A stretch of 64,000 nucleotides of DNA, taken from assembly GCF_052425735.1 (NCBI RefSeq), contig NC_135762.1:25110001-25174000 (forward strand), written 5' to 3'. Made by a program: the position numbers and the translations under genes. Positions 45,173-60,100 of this stretch are shown piece after piece (within the stretch, counting starts at the first letter, position 1; each line of letters opens with the position of its first letter). The notes below the pieces were generated by a model. It was given only the letters and a program-made list of their open reading frames with translations, made no database searches and was not told the DNA's origin. The stretch is from Oculina patagonica (Eukaryota).

Positions 45173-48100
45173 ATGGAAAATCTTCCTAAAGACGAACTTT
45201 CTACAAGAAAACGGCCTCTAAATTGTGATTTTAAGCAAGCTGCATCAAATCAACCGTTTGAAGGCGAATCGATGGCAAAAGATAAGCCAATCTTCTTCCC
45301 CTTTCCTTTCCCGCCTTATGACATTCAGGAGGATTTTATGACAACTTTGTATCACGTGCTTGAGAATGGAGGAGTTGGGATCTTCGAAAGTCCTACGGGA
45401 ACGGTAAGTGGGAAATGTACAGCAGATATATGGGACGCTATGAATAACTTAGATCTGAAAACTTTGTGATGTAATTTATTTTGTAATTTACATGTATAAA
45501 GAGATCAGTTGACCGCGGCAATTAAGAGATTTTTGCGTATGTTTGTAGTTTTCTATTTATCTTTGTGCAGGCTGCATTGTGTTGCTTGAAAGCTAAATGG
45601 CATTTCAAAGAAATAGTTTCATAACACAATGATGTTGCATTAAGTAATCATGATCAATCTTGGTGGAAAGCCCAATTCAATCTACGCATACCCCTGCAGG
45701 GAATCATGGTAGTTAAATTCAACAAATTTTAAAAACATGTCCAGGACTTGGGAACCCCTGAATACCACTACCATGATTCCTGCAGGCATGTCTCATAGAG
45801 GGAATGGGACATTCAGGTAGCACTTTTACAGATGATGCATGTACACCAATGTGTACATGTACTTGTCGTTCCATGAAATTACCATACCATTTCCATGGAG
45901 GGTGTTTTGGTTTACCCCCCTCCCCCATGAAATCTTAGTTAATAGCAGAGCTCCCAGTGACCCGAAGGGCCGCAGAGCAGAGTCCAATACCCATAGAAAA
46001 ATAAAAGACCCATGCTTTTGGTTTTTCATGGTCATCATGGCTAGTGGCATGGTTCATGGGCATGTGGGCCTAGCGACAACGTCGTCCCAACTTGGTGGCC
46101 ATACTCCAGAAATAGGTGTAAGGTTATGGTTAACGTCAGCTTACATCTTTGATATTGGACATCCATGTCAATGTCATTTGACAGCTGTCAAAACAAGGTA
46201 TCTGCTGACCAGTATCACATGACCATATTGCAGGCTCACATTCTATATGATATAGAACTCATCAAGGTCAAATGTTTTTGTGAAGTTTGCCACTGACCAA
46301 GGAAGGGTTTACATTGGATCGTGGGCTCAACGCTCAAGTGCGTTTAATATTTTTTTCTGTTAATTTTTTTTTCAGTAAATTCAGATTTACAAAAAGTGCG
46401 AAGTAAATAACCGGGGTGCTCTGCTTTTAGGCTTGGCTAGATATATTTAATATTTAGGGAGCATTCCTTTGGGATGATCGTGATCCGGATCTCCTACTCA
46501 GGATCAATGATCATTCAGATCACTAAGATCATTTGGATCATGTGAATCAAAGGAACCAAATAATTCCACTCTGAACAAGGATACCGGTACATCAGTTCTT
46601 TTGATGGACCATGAACCAACTGATCTTGGATCGTTGATCCTGTGACAAATCTCCCCAAAGGATTGCGCCCTTTGTCTTTTGAACCCCCTCCCCCTTCACT
46701 AGAAATTTTCTGACTTTCCTTGGATGATGTCTGGTATGGATGTGTCCTCAGTATTCTGGAAAGTTCTGCACTTTACTCAGTGAATGTAAAACTGTCACCT
46801 TTTACAGGGGAAATCTTTGAGTTTGATTTGTGGAGCTCTAACTTGGCTTAAGGATTACGAAGAAAAAAGACAAGTGGAGCTAGAGAAAGCTCTGGCATGT
46901 GCAAAACAAGTTGGCAATCAAAGGTAAAAAGATAAAATAGTGAGATTTGTTGAAATGAGTAGTTTACCTTCTGGTCAATCTGTAAGTTACTTATTTTTGT
47001 TTTCAAAATCATAAACTACAGGGAAAGTGTTACCTTAGAGGACAAAGGAAAAACTATTGACAGTAAAGACACTTGTAAGTGCTAGAAAATAAATAATTAT
47101 GGACCACATATTTCAGTCACTGTAAATGCTGCAACAATTTATTTAGCAAGAAAATATTAATGCATCATGAATAACAGGAGTTAAACATGTGACCTGTTCT
47201 GTGGCTAGAAATAATGCTGCCACTGAGCATTATTAATTAAAAAAAGTCATTGTGTCGTATTCTTGTAGGGTAAATTCGTTTTCAGGATAAATCTGATTCC
47301 AATCTAAGTTAATCTGTATCAACCTGAAGATAAAACTTTGACAATAACATAAAACAATTTCAATTCATTAAAAGAAATCCCATTTAACAAATTCAAATTG
47401 GTTAAAGTAAAAAAAGAGTGCTAGTGCTGAAATGGATTAACCTTAAGGTCAGAAACAGATTTAACTTGAAAACCAATTTGACCTGCAACATAGCCTCACT
47501 TGCGACCAGACTAGTTGATTTAGAGTCCAACTTACTTTACCATCAAGTTACAACAGCACAGGTGTTGTATGATAAATGTTATAACTGATTTATTATAATA
47601 TTATTTTATTATGTTATGATTAATAATATTATAATACGGGTAATATTATTATTAATTATGATGACTGCAATTATTTATTTATTATAATAGTTATAATTAT
47701 ATATAACAATTATTATTATTGTCAATGGTTCTTTGTTATAATCATCATTACAATGTATGTAGCATCCACACCAGACTGGGTGACGGAATTTGCTGAAAAA
47801 CAAGCCAAACAGGAAGCAGAAGATAGAATAAAGGTATCTTCACTTGCCCGTTGAACATAAACATTTCAGTTCTGCTTTATTTTTTAAGATTGATGTGATA
47901 AATTATTTTGTAGTAATCCTGCATTGAACTTTTGCAGGAGGAAAGAGAGAGGCTTGAAAAACAGAAGGCACAGCTTCAGAAACTTAAGAGTGAAATAAAA
48001 CCAGCATTTACAGTCAAATATGGAAAGAGAAAGGTTTGTTTTACCTACGAACACAACTTTACTTGGTGAAAATCCTCGAAGGAATTTCAAAGTTAAAAAT

Positions 48101-51100
48101 ATTGAGAAGACCTGTTGTCTATGCATGCACACATCACCGTATTAGCCATGTATACATTAGTCCATGAAAGAGCAAATTGAGAAACCTGTATAATCCTTTA
48201 CAGCTGAAACTTTGGGTCTATGTCTGCAGGCTAGATGAATGGGTGTCTTACAGCTGTGGCATCAGGGGAGAGGTCCACAACTGTGGCCCCACCCTACCCC
48301 CACCCCAACCTTTTCTGCAAGTCCAGGTGCCCACCCTGATACTCTAGGCATGATTGTCCATCTTATATATAAACCTTTCTAGATGATGGTGTTCACTGTG
48401 CTCTAATTATTTTTTCAGCACAGTGATGAAAGTTCAAGTAATTCCCATAATGATGAAGAAATCGAACACAAAATCGCTAATGAAATTGATGAAGTCTTGG
48501 GCAAGACTAGTCCAGATGATCCTGATGCCGATATTGTGTTAACAGAGTATCTCAGTGACAGAGAAGATGCTGTGTAAGACTTAATTTATTTTTTTCTGGG
48601 AGAGGGGAACGGTATGAGATAGGGGAGAGCTGTTAAAAGAGAAAGTGGGGTAGAGGGCTTTTAAGAATACAATATCTAGCTGATCTTTAACATGAGTTTT
48701 GAAAAGGTACATGTAAAATTTGACATACAAAATTGGCAATATGGGTGACAGGGATTTGTCTTTAGATCAGATCAAGAGGAGGAAGAGAAGGAAGAAGAGC
48801 CTCATTGTCTGAAGGTAAGTCATAGATTACAGTTGTTCCTTAGCAGACTTACTTGGATTTAATTTATTAGATCAGAATTAATTAAAAACTCTCTTTGCTG
48901 TTTGTCACACAATATATTACAAAGTTAACTCTGCTTGAAAGAGTTTGGCTTAATTTACATGCATATCATTCCATTCAATGTGAAATGATCATTTCCTTTA
49001 GTATCATTACCTGCTTACATATTTTAAAGGTTGTTACAAAAAATAAGAATGAAAGGATCAGTTGTACATCTTTTTAATTTAGTAAGTAGAAAGATTGCTT
49101 AACCAAGAGGTCATCATGTGAATTATAATTACCCCACCCAACACCCTAGTTTACAAACTAATATTGTTATATTATTAAAAATACTGTACCACATCCATTG
49201 TGTTGAACACACTCACAAACTATCATTATATATGTTTTATTTCTTTGGTTCACCAGATTGATTTTTCTCATGTTGATATGATAATGAATATGAGACAATA
49301 AAATGTGAAAATTAAATGGTTGAAAATGAACAAAGAAAAATTAAACCACAACATATATTAATAGTATAAATCTAACTACACTACATCCAGCATTGCTCTT
49401 GATTTGGGGAGCAGGGTTGGCGCAGTGGTGAGAGCGTTTGCCTCCCACCAATGTGGCCTGGGTTCGATTCCGGCCCGTTGCCAATGTAAGTTGAGTTTGA
49501 TGTTGGTTTCTGCCTTGCTCGGAGGGTTTTTCTCCAGGTCCTCTGGTTTTCCTCCCTCCTGCAAAAACTAAACATTTCCAAATTCCAATTTGACCTGGAT
49601 AGAGGACGCACATGAAAACCAGCTTTGGCTGATGTGGCTTCTTCTCTAAATATAGCAATTTATTTTTATTTATTTTGTTGGTGTATTTGCAGCTATTCTA
49701 TTGCAGTCGAACACATTCACAACTGGCACAGTTTGTGAGAGAAGTGCAGAAGAGTCCATTTAATGACAGCACAAGGGTTGTGTCACTTGGGTCACGGCAG
49801 AATCTGTGCATCAACGAAGAAGTCAAAAGCCTGAAAAATATTAACAAAATCAATGATAGATGTTTGGAACTTCAGAAGAAAGACAAGGGTGGGTAGCCAG
49901 ATCTTGTATTTTGTGTACAGTGGGGGTGGTTAGCATGGATAAAAAATTGGATCTGGATGTTCCCTGCACCTCTCCCTCCCCCTCTCCCTCCCACCTCTCC
50001 CTCCCACCCACCCACAGACATTTTGAGATTTGACTCCTTAAAATACCATTTTCAGCATTCTTGAGGCATGAAATCAGTATGACATAAAAAGTCTGCGTCA
50101 AGCCTAGTGGCCCATCCGGCTGGATCTTATCCCAGTTTCAGTAGCATGAAGTGACTTGGAATACCAGTATTTCTACTTCCCCTGGCTGGGATGCTAGTCC
50201 ATTACAGGGTTACCCCCAGCAATAAATTTGCCAGGACCCATTTGTGCACCTGGATGGAGAGAGGCACTGTGAGAGTTAAGCCTTGTCCAAGCACACAACA
50301 CAATGATCCAAGCCAGGACTCAAAAGCTCAACGCAAACCAATTACTCTAACTAACTCCTAAGTTATTTTTACTGTATGTGACTGAATATTATTGGTTCGA
50401 CGAAGGAGAGGAAGTTATTTTTTTTTGGTTTGTTTTTTTTTTTGGTGGGTGTTTTTTGGGATAGCCCGTGGGGGGCGGGTTCCCCCCTTTTTTTTGGGGG
50501 CGGGGGGGGGTTTAAAGGGCCCTTAAAAAAACCAAAATTAATATTATTATGTTTTCTATGTTTTCATTTTCTACAGATAAGAAAAAGTCTAGTGGAGAGA
50601 ATGCTCCAAAGAAGAAAAAACTTGCCAAAGGTTGCCCGTTTTATGCATATCAGCAGCTGCAGAAATTCAGGGACCATGTCTTGGTATAATTTAAGATGCT
50701 TATGTGATCATGGCCTCCTACACAGACGTCAACACATTCCTCCACCAACGGAGAAAACATGACAAGCCCAGCATCTGCGTAGGGGGCTAATGTGATCAGA
50801 AACCTAGAAGTTGTTTATTTGTCATTCTCCTAACCTGCCTAGCTACATAGTTCAAGTACTAGAATTCAAATTGTTTATAAAAGAGAAGCTAGGAATAAGA
50901 CAATGCCAGGCCAGGGGCTTGGAGGTAAATAAAATAAAATGGCCCTCTGAATAAAAAGGTGACACTAATTAATTAAAAGTAAGTTAAATTTTTATAGTAC
51001 ACCATAATGATTATAATTCATAAAAGCTGGGTATTTTTAAAAAATAAATCAAGAAAAATATAAAGGAGTGTGATGACAAAATTGGACAAGAATATTTATA

Positions 51101-54100
51101 AAAAAAAAGAGATTGAACGTAAAATTATTTTGATTTTGAATAGTATTGCTGAAACATTTCTAAGGTTTATGATGGTCTGTAATGTTTGAGTTTTTTTTTC
51201 TCCAGGTTGACATAAAAGATATTGAACAGCTTGTTTCTGTGGGAGAGGAACTTCATGCTTGTCCTTACTATGGAACAAGATTAGCTATACCTCCTGCACA
51301 GGTTAGGTTACAGGAAGATTAGGTAATGTTTAATACAACAAAAACAACAACAACAAAAGTTTATTTGAACTGTAAAATTACAAAAAGAAATGTTTAAACA
51401 ATAAATAAATTAAAAATACATACAGTTGCTGGTCACCCAAAATAACTTAAAAGCTAAACTAGTTGGGTGACCACCATTTATTAATTTAAAATAAATATAT
51501 CGTCAGAAAAGAGGCATTTTACATTTTACAATTTTACACAATTAATTAAGGTGGTAGATTACAGAACAAATAATTCTTAAACACGTATGTACAACAACAA
51601 CAGCAAAAAGATAATAGTAAAAAGAAAAAGGAAAGAAAAAAAATGAAAAATGGCAGAAATACCAAAATTAAATTATTAGTAGAAAAACTTAATAGAAGTT
51701 AATAAATGAGCAGCAGTGTTTTATCAAGTTTAAAACAAGAGGCGCAGCCGAGTGTTTTAGACTTGCTAAAACACGAACTGCGAATTTATTGAACGGCTTA
51801 AAAATCTTCTGATGTAGATCAACTCATTCTAATATTTAGATTTGGGGTTATTTTGGCCAAGAAAATTGGACGTAAAGTTTAGCCATGTCTAAGTATAAGA
51901 CACTCATACTTAATTTCTTTTTATTTCTTATGATTATTATGAGTTTAAGTAGTGAGAAAACTCCAATACAATTACAAGAAATATTAATAATAAAAATGAA
52001 TATAAAACAAAAAAGAAAATTCCACCCCCCTGAAGGACACTGAATCTAAGAGGGCGGGGGTGGGGTCTCAAAAGCCAAACTTTTAAAGGAAAGTATTAAG
52101 CTAAACTGATATTTCCAGAAAGGTTGGGATTGGGAGTTCAAACGAAACTATGGGGGAAGTATGGAGATTTTTTTATGGAACAACACATTATTTTCCAAGT
52201 CTGGCACAGAAAAGGCTTTGAGATTTTGAAATAATTTCGTTACAACATGGAGTATTTCAAGTTATATACTTTAGAGTACATTGTGTGTTTTTTCTTCATT
52301 TTATTACTGAGAGTTGCTCATAGCTTAGAACTTATATGAAATTTATTTTTCATTTTTTCTAAACCAGCTTGTTGTTTTGCCATATAACATCCTTCTTCAC
52401 AAGTCCACAAGAGAAGCTTGTGGAATAAAGCTTGACGGCAATGTAGTCATCATAGATGAAGCACACAATTTGATTGACACAATCAGTAGTGTCTACAGTG
52501 TAGAAATCACTGGTTCTCAGGTAATAATTAAAATTTGGTCCACTTGTTTATTATTGACATATGAATCCCGAGTCATTATATGTACTAAAGTACAGCTGCA
52601 CTATGCACACTGTGTTAAGAGTGTGTTGCAACTGGAATACAGTTTATGCTTGTGACAACTATGCTCCAGAATAAGTCAAATGCACATAACCTTGATGGAA
52701 TATTTTGTTTCATGTTGCAGATTTTGTGTGCGCATTCACAGCTGACACAGTATCAGGATCGCTACAGGTTATATTTTGCTCTAACCAATTGTTAGGCAGC
52801 ATGTTTGTGGAATTAATAAATAAAAATGATAATTTAAGAGCAGATTACTTGTGCAATGTAGTTATAGTGAATTCTGAAATGGCTCTTTGTGTCACATTTT
52901 TATCCAGGACAAGATTAAAGGCAAAGAATTTACTGTACATCCAGCAGCTACTTTATGTGTTAACATGCTTCTTAAACTGTTTGGGTGGTAAGTTCTTGTA
53001 GGCCTTCTTGTTCAGTGGACTAATAAGCTAATAAGGATTATTGTCAAATTTATTTTATTTATTTTTTCAACTTGCAGTCAAATGACTTTGGTTAACTTTT
53101 ATTCCCACGTTTAGCATTGTTGTACACTGCCTTTGTTTAATTGGTCATTATTTTATTAATTTATATCTATTGTTATTTCTTTAATCGATTTTTTAACCAT
53201 TCACTGTCAAAAGCAGACAGAAATTTGATTGGCATCAAATTAAACATTAATGTTCATTTTTATCGTAGGAAAGGATCAAATTCTATCAAAGATGATATCA
53301 ACAACTACTGCTGATGAGGGTGGTCCAAAAGAAGCAAAAATGCAAGGTTGCATTCACTTTGTTATTATTTTTTTTACTGGTTTTCACTTATATAACTAAT
53401 ATAACAAAACTTTTTAGTTTTATTATTTCCATGTAAAAGTAATGTTACAACATTGTGAGCACTTTGGCTACTTAATAAAATACTGATAATAAAATAATAC
53501 AAACTGTATAATATTATTTTAAAATGTTATAACAATGAAAAGAGTGGCAGCATATATATGAATCCCGAGTCAGCATATCATTGTAAAAAATTGCTAGAAA
53601 GTACTTACTTTTTTTATTAATAATAATATGTAAACATGTCCATCAGCTGACCAGTCAATCAGTTATTGAAAAATGGTTTAAATCTCTCTTGGTACAAATT
53701 TTTAATTTTTTTTTTAAAAAAAAACAACAACAAAAAACAACAAATGAATTACTTAGTAGATTATTTTCTCTTCTACTTTGCAGATGTAAAGCTTAAAACG
53801 ATAAATGATTTCTTGTTTTCTGCCCAGATGGACAATGTCAACCTTTTTAAGGTAAAACGGATCGAAAGCTTAATTTGCATTACATTTCATTAGCAAAGCA
53901 CTGTTTTTCTTGGCTCTGACATGTTGTTTATGATTCCTTTATAGATTAAAAAGTACTGTGAGAAGAGCATTATTTCTAAAAAGGTAAGATGTGAATCTGT
54001 CTCATAGTTAATGGAATCTTTGTTAAATACTAAACTGAATCATTATAAAATGTACAAAAATTAATACTGAATTTAGGTTTCTTCTTATAATTCAAAAGTA

Positions 54101-57100
54101 CTGTATTTAATAATTACATATATGGTAAACTTTTGTTTCAGCTGAATGGATTTATTGACAGATACCAGTCTGTACAAGTGGGGACAGGTTAGTGCACATG
54201 CAGATATATTTATTGACATTTACTTAAGAATAAAAACAATTTAAGCTAAAGTAATAAAACAAATAAGTTACAGTATTAAGTTCTTCTTTGGGTTTTGAAT
54301 CCAAATAATAGTTTCTAAATGTGTTGCCCATTTGGTGGGTGGTTACGTTGTCCCTACTATTACCAAAATAGGTTTTATCTGAAAACAGTATTTCAGCACT
54401 TAGCTTGCTTGTTGCAAAGCAAGTTTTAGTAAGAAGAATGTTGTGTATTTTTACCTCAACTTATAATTTATTCAATGTCGTTTTGTTTAAGCATTTAAGG
54501 ATAAAATGCCATGACGGTGTTGAAATGTTGTGCATTTGTTATTTACTTTATCTTTATAATTTATTATTTTGTTATCATGCCAGCGACCGAAGAAGACACC
54601 TTGTATCAAAGCAGCAGTTCACCTCTTCAAATCATTGAAAGCTTTCTGGAAGCACTCACAAATGCTGACAAAGATGGAAGGGTTGTTGTCAATAAGCAAG
54701 GTAGGTTTGCATATACAGTGCTGATACTGTATCTGGTATGTTTTACCACCATGGTACTCGCATATGTACGGTGAACTCAAGAGCTTCAAGCTACTGCAAA
54801 AATCTGCGTTTAAGGCTAGTGGCCCAATGGCTGGTGCTTTTATCCAATTTCAATAGTGTGAAGCAAAAAGATGGGATGCAAGGCTATTGCAGGGCTACCA
54901 ACCTCCGCCTCCCCCACACCCCCTGTCCCAGCATTTAATTTGCTTGTCCCCATTTATTATTATGCTACTGGGTGAAGATCTGTTGAGGTACTGTGAGAGT
55001 TATATAATTTAAGTGTCTTGCCCATGAACACATACAGCAAATTTTAGTGGCCATGAGGCAGGGTCCATAATTTGTAATAAGCTATTTAATTTACCAACAT
55101 ACCATTGATCTGAACTGACTGTATGACACATGACCTGTTCTTTTAAAAATTGGCAGATCGACTCAGTAGTTCCAGCCTGAAGTTTCTACTGTTGAACCCA
55201 GCTGTGCATTTTACAAACATCGTCAGAGAAGCCAGAGCAGTTATTGTGGCTGGAGGAACAATGCAACCTGTATGATATAAATATAAATATGATTAATTTA
55301 AACAAATAAAATGGTGTGTCCATCCCTGTTTAAGTTATAGCTCTATCATTAGACATTGTGTTTAACTTATTTGGGAGGAAGTATGAAAAGCAGGTATGAC
55401 AATTTTGGTTAGTACAAAACATGGCCACCCAAATCTGAACCCCCCGTTTGGACCCCCATTGTAAATACAGACCCTAACCCTGTGGGGGTTCAGACTGGGG
55501 GTCCAAACGTGGCCGGATAGAGGTCCACTGAGGTCCTGATAGGGAATCTTAAAGGGGTGCAGATGGGAAGAGAACACTTTTTGTACTATTTGTATAATAA
55601 CCTCCAGCAGAATTACCAGTGGTAGATCTACAGGACTGCAAATATATATACCGGGTATATTTTTTTTCACTTGAAACGACATATCTCCTACTAAGACACC
55701 ATCTTGGTCGGACAAAACAAAATAATTATTTTGGTCAGACATCACCAAAAACAAAAGGTTTAATTTTCTTCATTGTTGCCGTAAAATGATTTATGATCAA
55801 AACATTTTGTCTGGACATCATGTCCGTTTTACACTTGGGATTTCGCCAGACATGAGCAAATTTTGCATCCCTGGATCTAGGAGAGGACCTATTTTTTGTT
55901 TAAAGATTTTAGGGCTCTCCAACCTTATTTGAGCAGAAAAGTCACATCTTCTCCCTCCCCCCCCCCCCCCCACCCTTTTCCCCTTTTGATAAGCTCATCT
56001 CAATCTGCCACTGATTACTTTATTAAAGTTTGTCACTGGCAAGCAACCTCCAGCCTTAGCTAGATTTGTTTTACTCTTTTTAATATTTTCTAACGAGAAT
56101 ATTCTGTCGTGTATGATCTCAAGGACTGCCCATAGTTTTGGTCTTAACCAGTGCTTTGGTTCTTAGCTGTCACACCTATGGACATCCATAAGTAAAACAA
56201 TAGAACAAAATCAATTCCCTTGATAAACTGTTCCACTTGTAGTCAAATATTACGTTTTCATTTTACCTTTCAGATGTCTGATTTCAAAGATCAGCTCTTC
56301 ACATGTGCAGGACTACCAAGTGCAAATATTGTGGAGTTTTCTTGTGGTATATAATTTCTTACCTAATGAACTATGTTTCCTGTTCTAAGTGAAGAGCTAT
56401 CTTTTATAAGCTAAGCCCGGTGCCGGGTTTCACGTTGTCTTTTTCAGGCCATGTTATTCCAGCAGAACATTTGCTCGCCGTGGCGTTAGATAGAGGACCC
56501 TCTGGCAGAGAACTTGATTTCACGTATCAGTCCAGAGATTCCGCTCAATTGGTAAGAAATGTTTGTGATTTTATGCGCCACAAGACCACCATAAAATGAC
56601 CGACACAGGTCAGATTCACAAGATGAAGAATCACCATGAAAGATCCTCATGCGGTCCTTAATTTCCTGATGGATGGATCCAACTTTCGTCGATATTTCTA
56701 ATTATTTTCATGTCTTTTAATTGAAGGAAGCTGTGAATTATTTTAGTACGGTATTTTCAGGAAAGATTAACTACAAATTGTTCGTCTTTCGATGTTACTT
56801 CTGCAGAATTTACGACGAAATTTTGCAAACCATCTAATCCGCCTCGTCCGCCATTTTTGTTTCACGTGGACCGGAAGTTGAATGGCGCTTTTCACTTCCG
56901 CTTTTCCAAAGTGAGGCAGTCCACAAATCAGTAGTTAAATTTCGTCTGATTTTGTCAGCCGGGCGTAGTGGCGCACGCCTGTAATCCAGCTGCTTGGAGG
57001 CTGGGGTTGTTGAATGGCTTGAGGGCGGGATTCCTGGGGGCGGCTGTCCTATGTAGATCGGGTGTCCACGCTAAGTTTGGCGTCAATATGGTGAACACAG

Positions 57101-60100
57101 AGGAGTCTGAGTTCTCCAGGTTGGTTAAAGAGGAGCGAACCGGCCCAGGGTGGAAACACAGCAGGCAAAAGCTCCCGCGTCAAACAGTAGTGGGATAGCA
57201 TCTGTGAATAGGCAGTCGTTCACAGCCCGGTCGAGATAGTCAAACTCGGCTCTGTTTTTTTTTTCTTCTTCTTCTTCTTTAACCTTTTTTCCTCGTTCAC
57301 TGTAAATTTTAGTTTTAACTCGATCCTCTTTCTTTCTCTATTTTCTCGGGAAGTAATATATAAGAAAATCGAGTTTTAACTTTTCTCCTTGTTCACTTAT
57401 AATTTTTTTTACTGTCTTTTTTGTTCGCTTTTAATTTTCTCGTGGAAGAAAAAAGAAAAGAAAAAAAAATCGAGTTTGTTTTTTTCCTCCTCCCCTATTA
57501 ATTTTAGTTTTAACTCCACTTAGCATTTTTTTCTTTTTTCCTTTTTTTTTTACTGTCTTTTATCGTGGAAAAATAGAAAGAAATTATCGTCTCGCTTTTA
57601 ATATAATTTAAATCGATCCTCTTTTTTCTTATCTTATTTTGACTGTTATCTTATTCCCTTTTAATTTTATGCCATTTTGTGTTGTTTTCTGTTTTGACCT
57701 TTATTTTTGTTCTATTTTTTAAGTATTGTATAATTTTTTGGGGGAGGGAAGAAATAAAGCACAGGATAAAATTATCAGAAATTAATCAACAATCGAAAGC
57801 GGAAATATGAAATAAAGAGACATTCAGTTTTACGGGCCAGGAAGACCGTACCATGTTTTTTATTATGATCAAAAATTGCGACTTCGCCTTCTTTCTGTTA
57901 CTTTGATCGAAATAAATTCACATTTTTTTTAATATATTTAATTTCCTTTTTGTGTTTCAGAAGGAAGAGTTAGGTCGACTACTTATCAACATTTTTGCAG
58001 TAGTCCCTGGTGGAGTGGTGTGTTTTTTCTCTTCATACGATTATGAGCAGCAAGTCTACAAACACTGGCAAACAACTGGAATTCTTGATAAAATGAACGC
58101 CAGAAAGAAGGTATAGGCTTCCTTATTTTTATTTATTGGTTTTTCTTTCAATCTTCAGTCATTGTGTCGCGTTTTACATATTTTACTTTTTTTTCGTGAA
58201 GGTGTTTAGAGAACCAAGAAAGGCGAACCAGCTTGATCAAGTGCTTTCATCATATGCTTCCTGCATTAAGGTAAGTATGGAAGGCTAAAGGAGTTCCGAA
58301 CAATATTTCTCAAAACATTAATAATTCATCAATTTAAAACAAAGAAAATCATAACGTTTCCATGAAGGAGATTTGAATACCCGGTCTTAAATAAGCAGAT
58401 ATTTCGCATAGATATTTACAATTTTATTTCTCCGTAGTTTTTGTTTCGATTGAGAAGATATATCAAACACTCGTCAAAATACGCCGCTACGCATCGTATT
58501 TTCAACTCTCTTCTCTTTGTTTGGTTATCTCGATGAAACGCTGTCTCTTGTGTTTGATAGATTACATGAACGGTTGTACATGTACACATACCGAAGAATC
58601 TCATGATTTGGCATCAGAAGTTTCGTTGTTTCCCAAACATTTACCAACTAACTACATCTTTCATTTTGGAATACGTGCTCCCCCCCCCTTCCCTTTAGCC
58701 CCCCCCTCCCATTCCCTTCCCAGCCGTTTTCTTTCCCTATCCCCCCCCCCTTCACTTGTCTTCACTTCACTTGTAATACTGACTATTTTCAAACTTTTTC
58801 TTCGAACCTGGTGCATGAATCAATATTAATCTTTCATATATTTCTCAGAAGCCAGCTGTAACAGCTAACACCACGTCTCCTAATGGCGCGGTGTTATTCT
58901 GTGTGGTAGGAGGAAAGATGAGTGAAGGGATCAACTTTTCTGACGACCTTGGAAGGTGAGGAATGAAAAAGAAAAATATTATTAGTGGGATATAATAGGC
59001 TAACAAATACTTTCCTTTGTTAGTCGGGAAAACAAACCCCGCATTTTCCTGGGCAAATCTTCGTTGAACTATCCCAAGAGTTTCCGAGAACTCCACGAGT
59101 TGTGACGTCAGTCTGCCATGATTATACGTCATGTTACGAAGAGACAAAAAAACGAAAGAAAAACCGTGGGCTCTATCGACCATTGATGAGTATTTGAAAG
59201 CTTTTAAAATTTGTCCGGGAAGCAAATTTCCACATGGACATTCGGACCAACTCCATCCACTCACAGGAAAGCGCCCTGACTCATAGGAAATGACCATCAA
59301 ATTTGTTTAAATGTATAAAATAACCTCTTAAAACAGTAAAGGAATATCTAAATAACACACCAAATGCAAAAGAACGTACGGATGGCCAAAAGTGTCGAAG
59401 ATTGAAACGGATTGCGATGTGGGCTTTTGAAATATGGTCCGGCGGAACAGTTTTCAAAGTTAATCTTGTCTGCTTGTAACTTTAATTTATGACGCCCGGG
59501 ACACATTTAGCTGCAAGGAAGCTATGGTTTTGTCATTTAGTATCAAAGAATTAATTTCTTTGCAAACATTTAGTTTTATAGCGAATATATGGCAAAATTT
59601 AATAACATAAGATTAACACAGTCCCTTTAATATTGCATGTCTTTCCACATCAGGTGCGTGGTTATGGTTGGACTTCCTTATCCCAACATTTACTCTCCGG
59701 AGTTAAAGGAGAAAATGGCTTATCTTGATGCGACTTTAGGGGTAAGATTCCTTCTTTGTTTTGGAATAAAGACTTCTTATTGTATTTTTACTTTTTAAAG
59801 GAACATCGTTGCAAAATCGTATTGCGATTTGGTGGAGCGTAGCGAAAAATGGAAGATTGCGTCAATTTGATAATGGCAATGCGATAAACTGAAACTACAG
59901 CAAGAGCGCAAACAGTGTTGTACATATTACTCGCCACATTTTTTAGGGGAGTTTCATTATTTGAAGCAATTAACTGGTAACTATTGACGTGTTGTTATTT
60001 TTGTCTTTTCCTTTCAGCCTAAAGCTGGCCAAACGCATTACGAAAACCTTTGCATGAAAGCTGTAAATCAGTCAATAGGTAAGGAAAAAGTTCCTTCTAA

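Noticed and set aside
47834-47937. U12-type intron in DDX11 (donor GTATCTT)
   Set aside because: Does not match GTATCCTT and has no TCCTTAAC branch site
50400-50540. G/T homopolymer-rich stretch with an ORF and G-quadruplex potential
   Set aside because: Looks like low-quality sequence inside a DDX11 intron
56968-57198. 76-aa Alu-like ORF or primate Alu contamination
   Set aside because: The sequence includes the full S domain and diverges from human; it is the native 7SL gene
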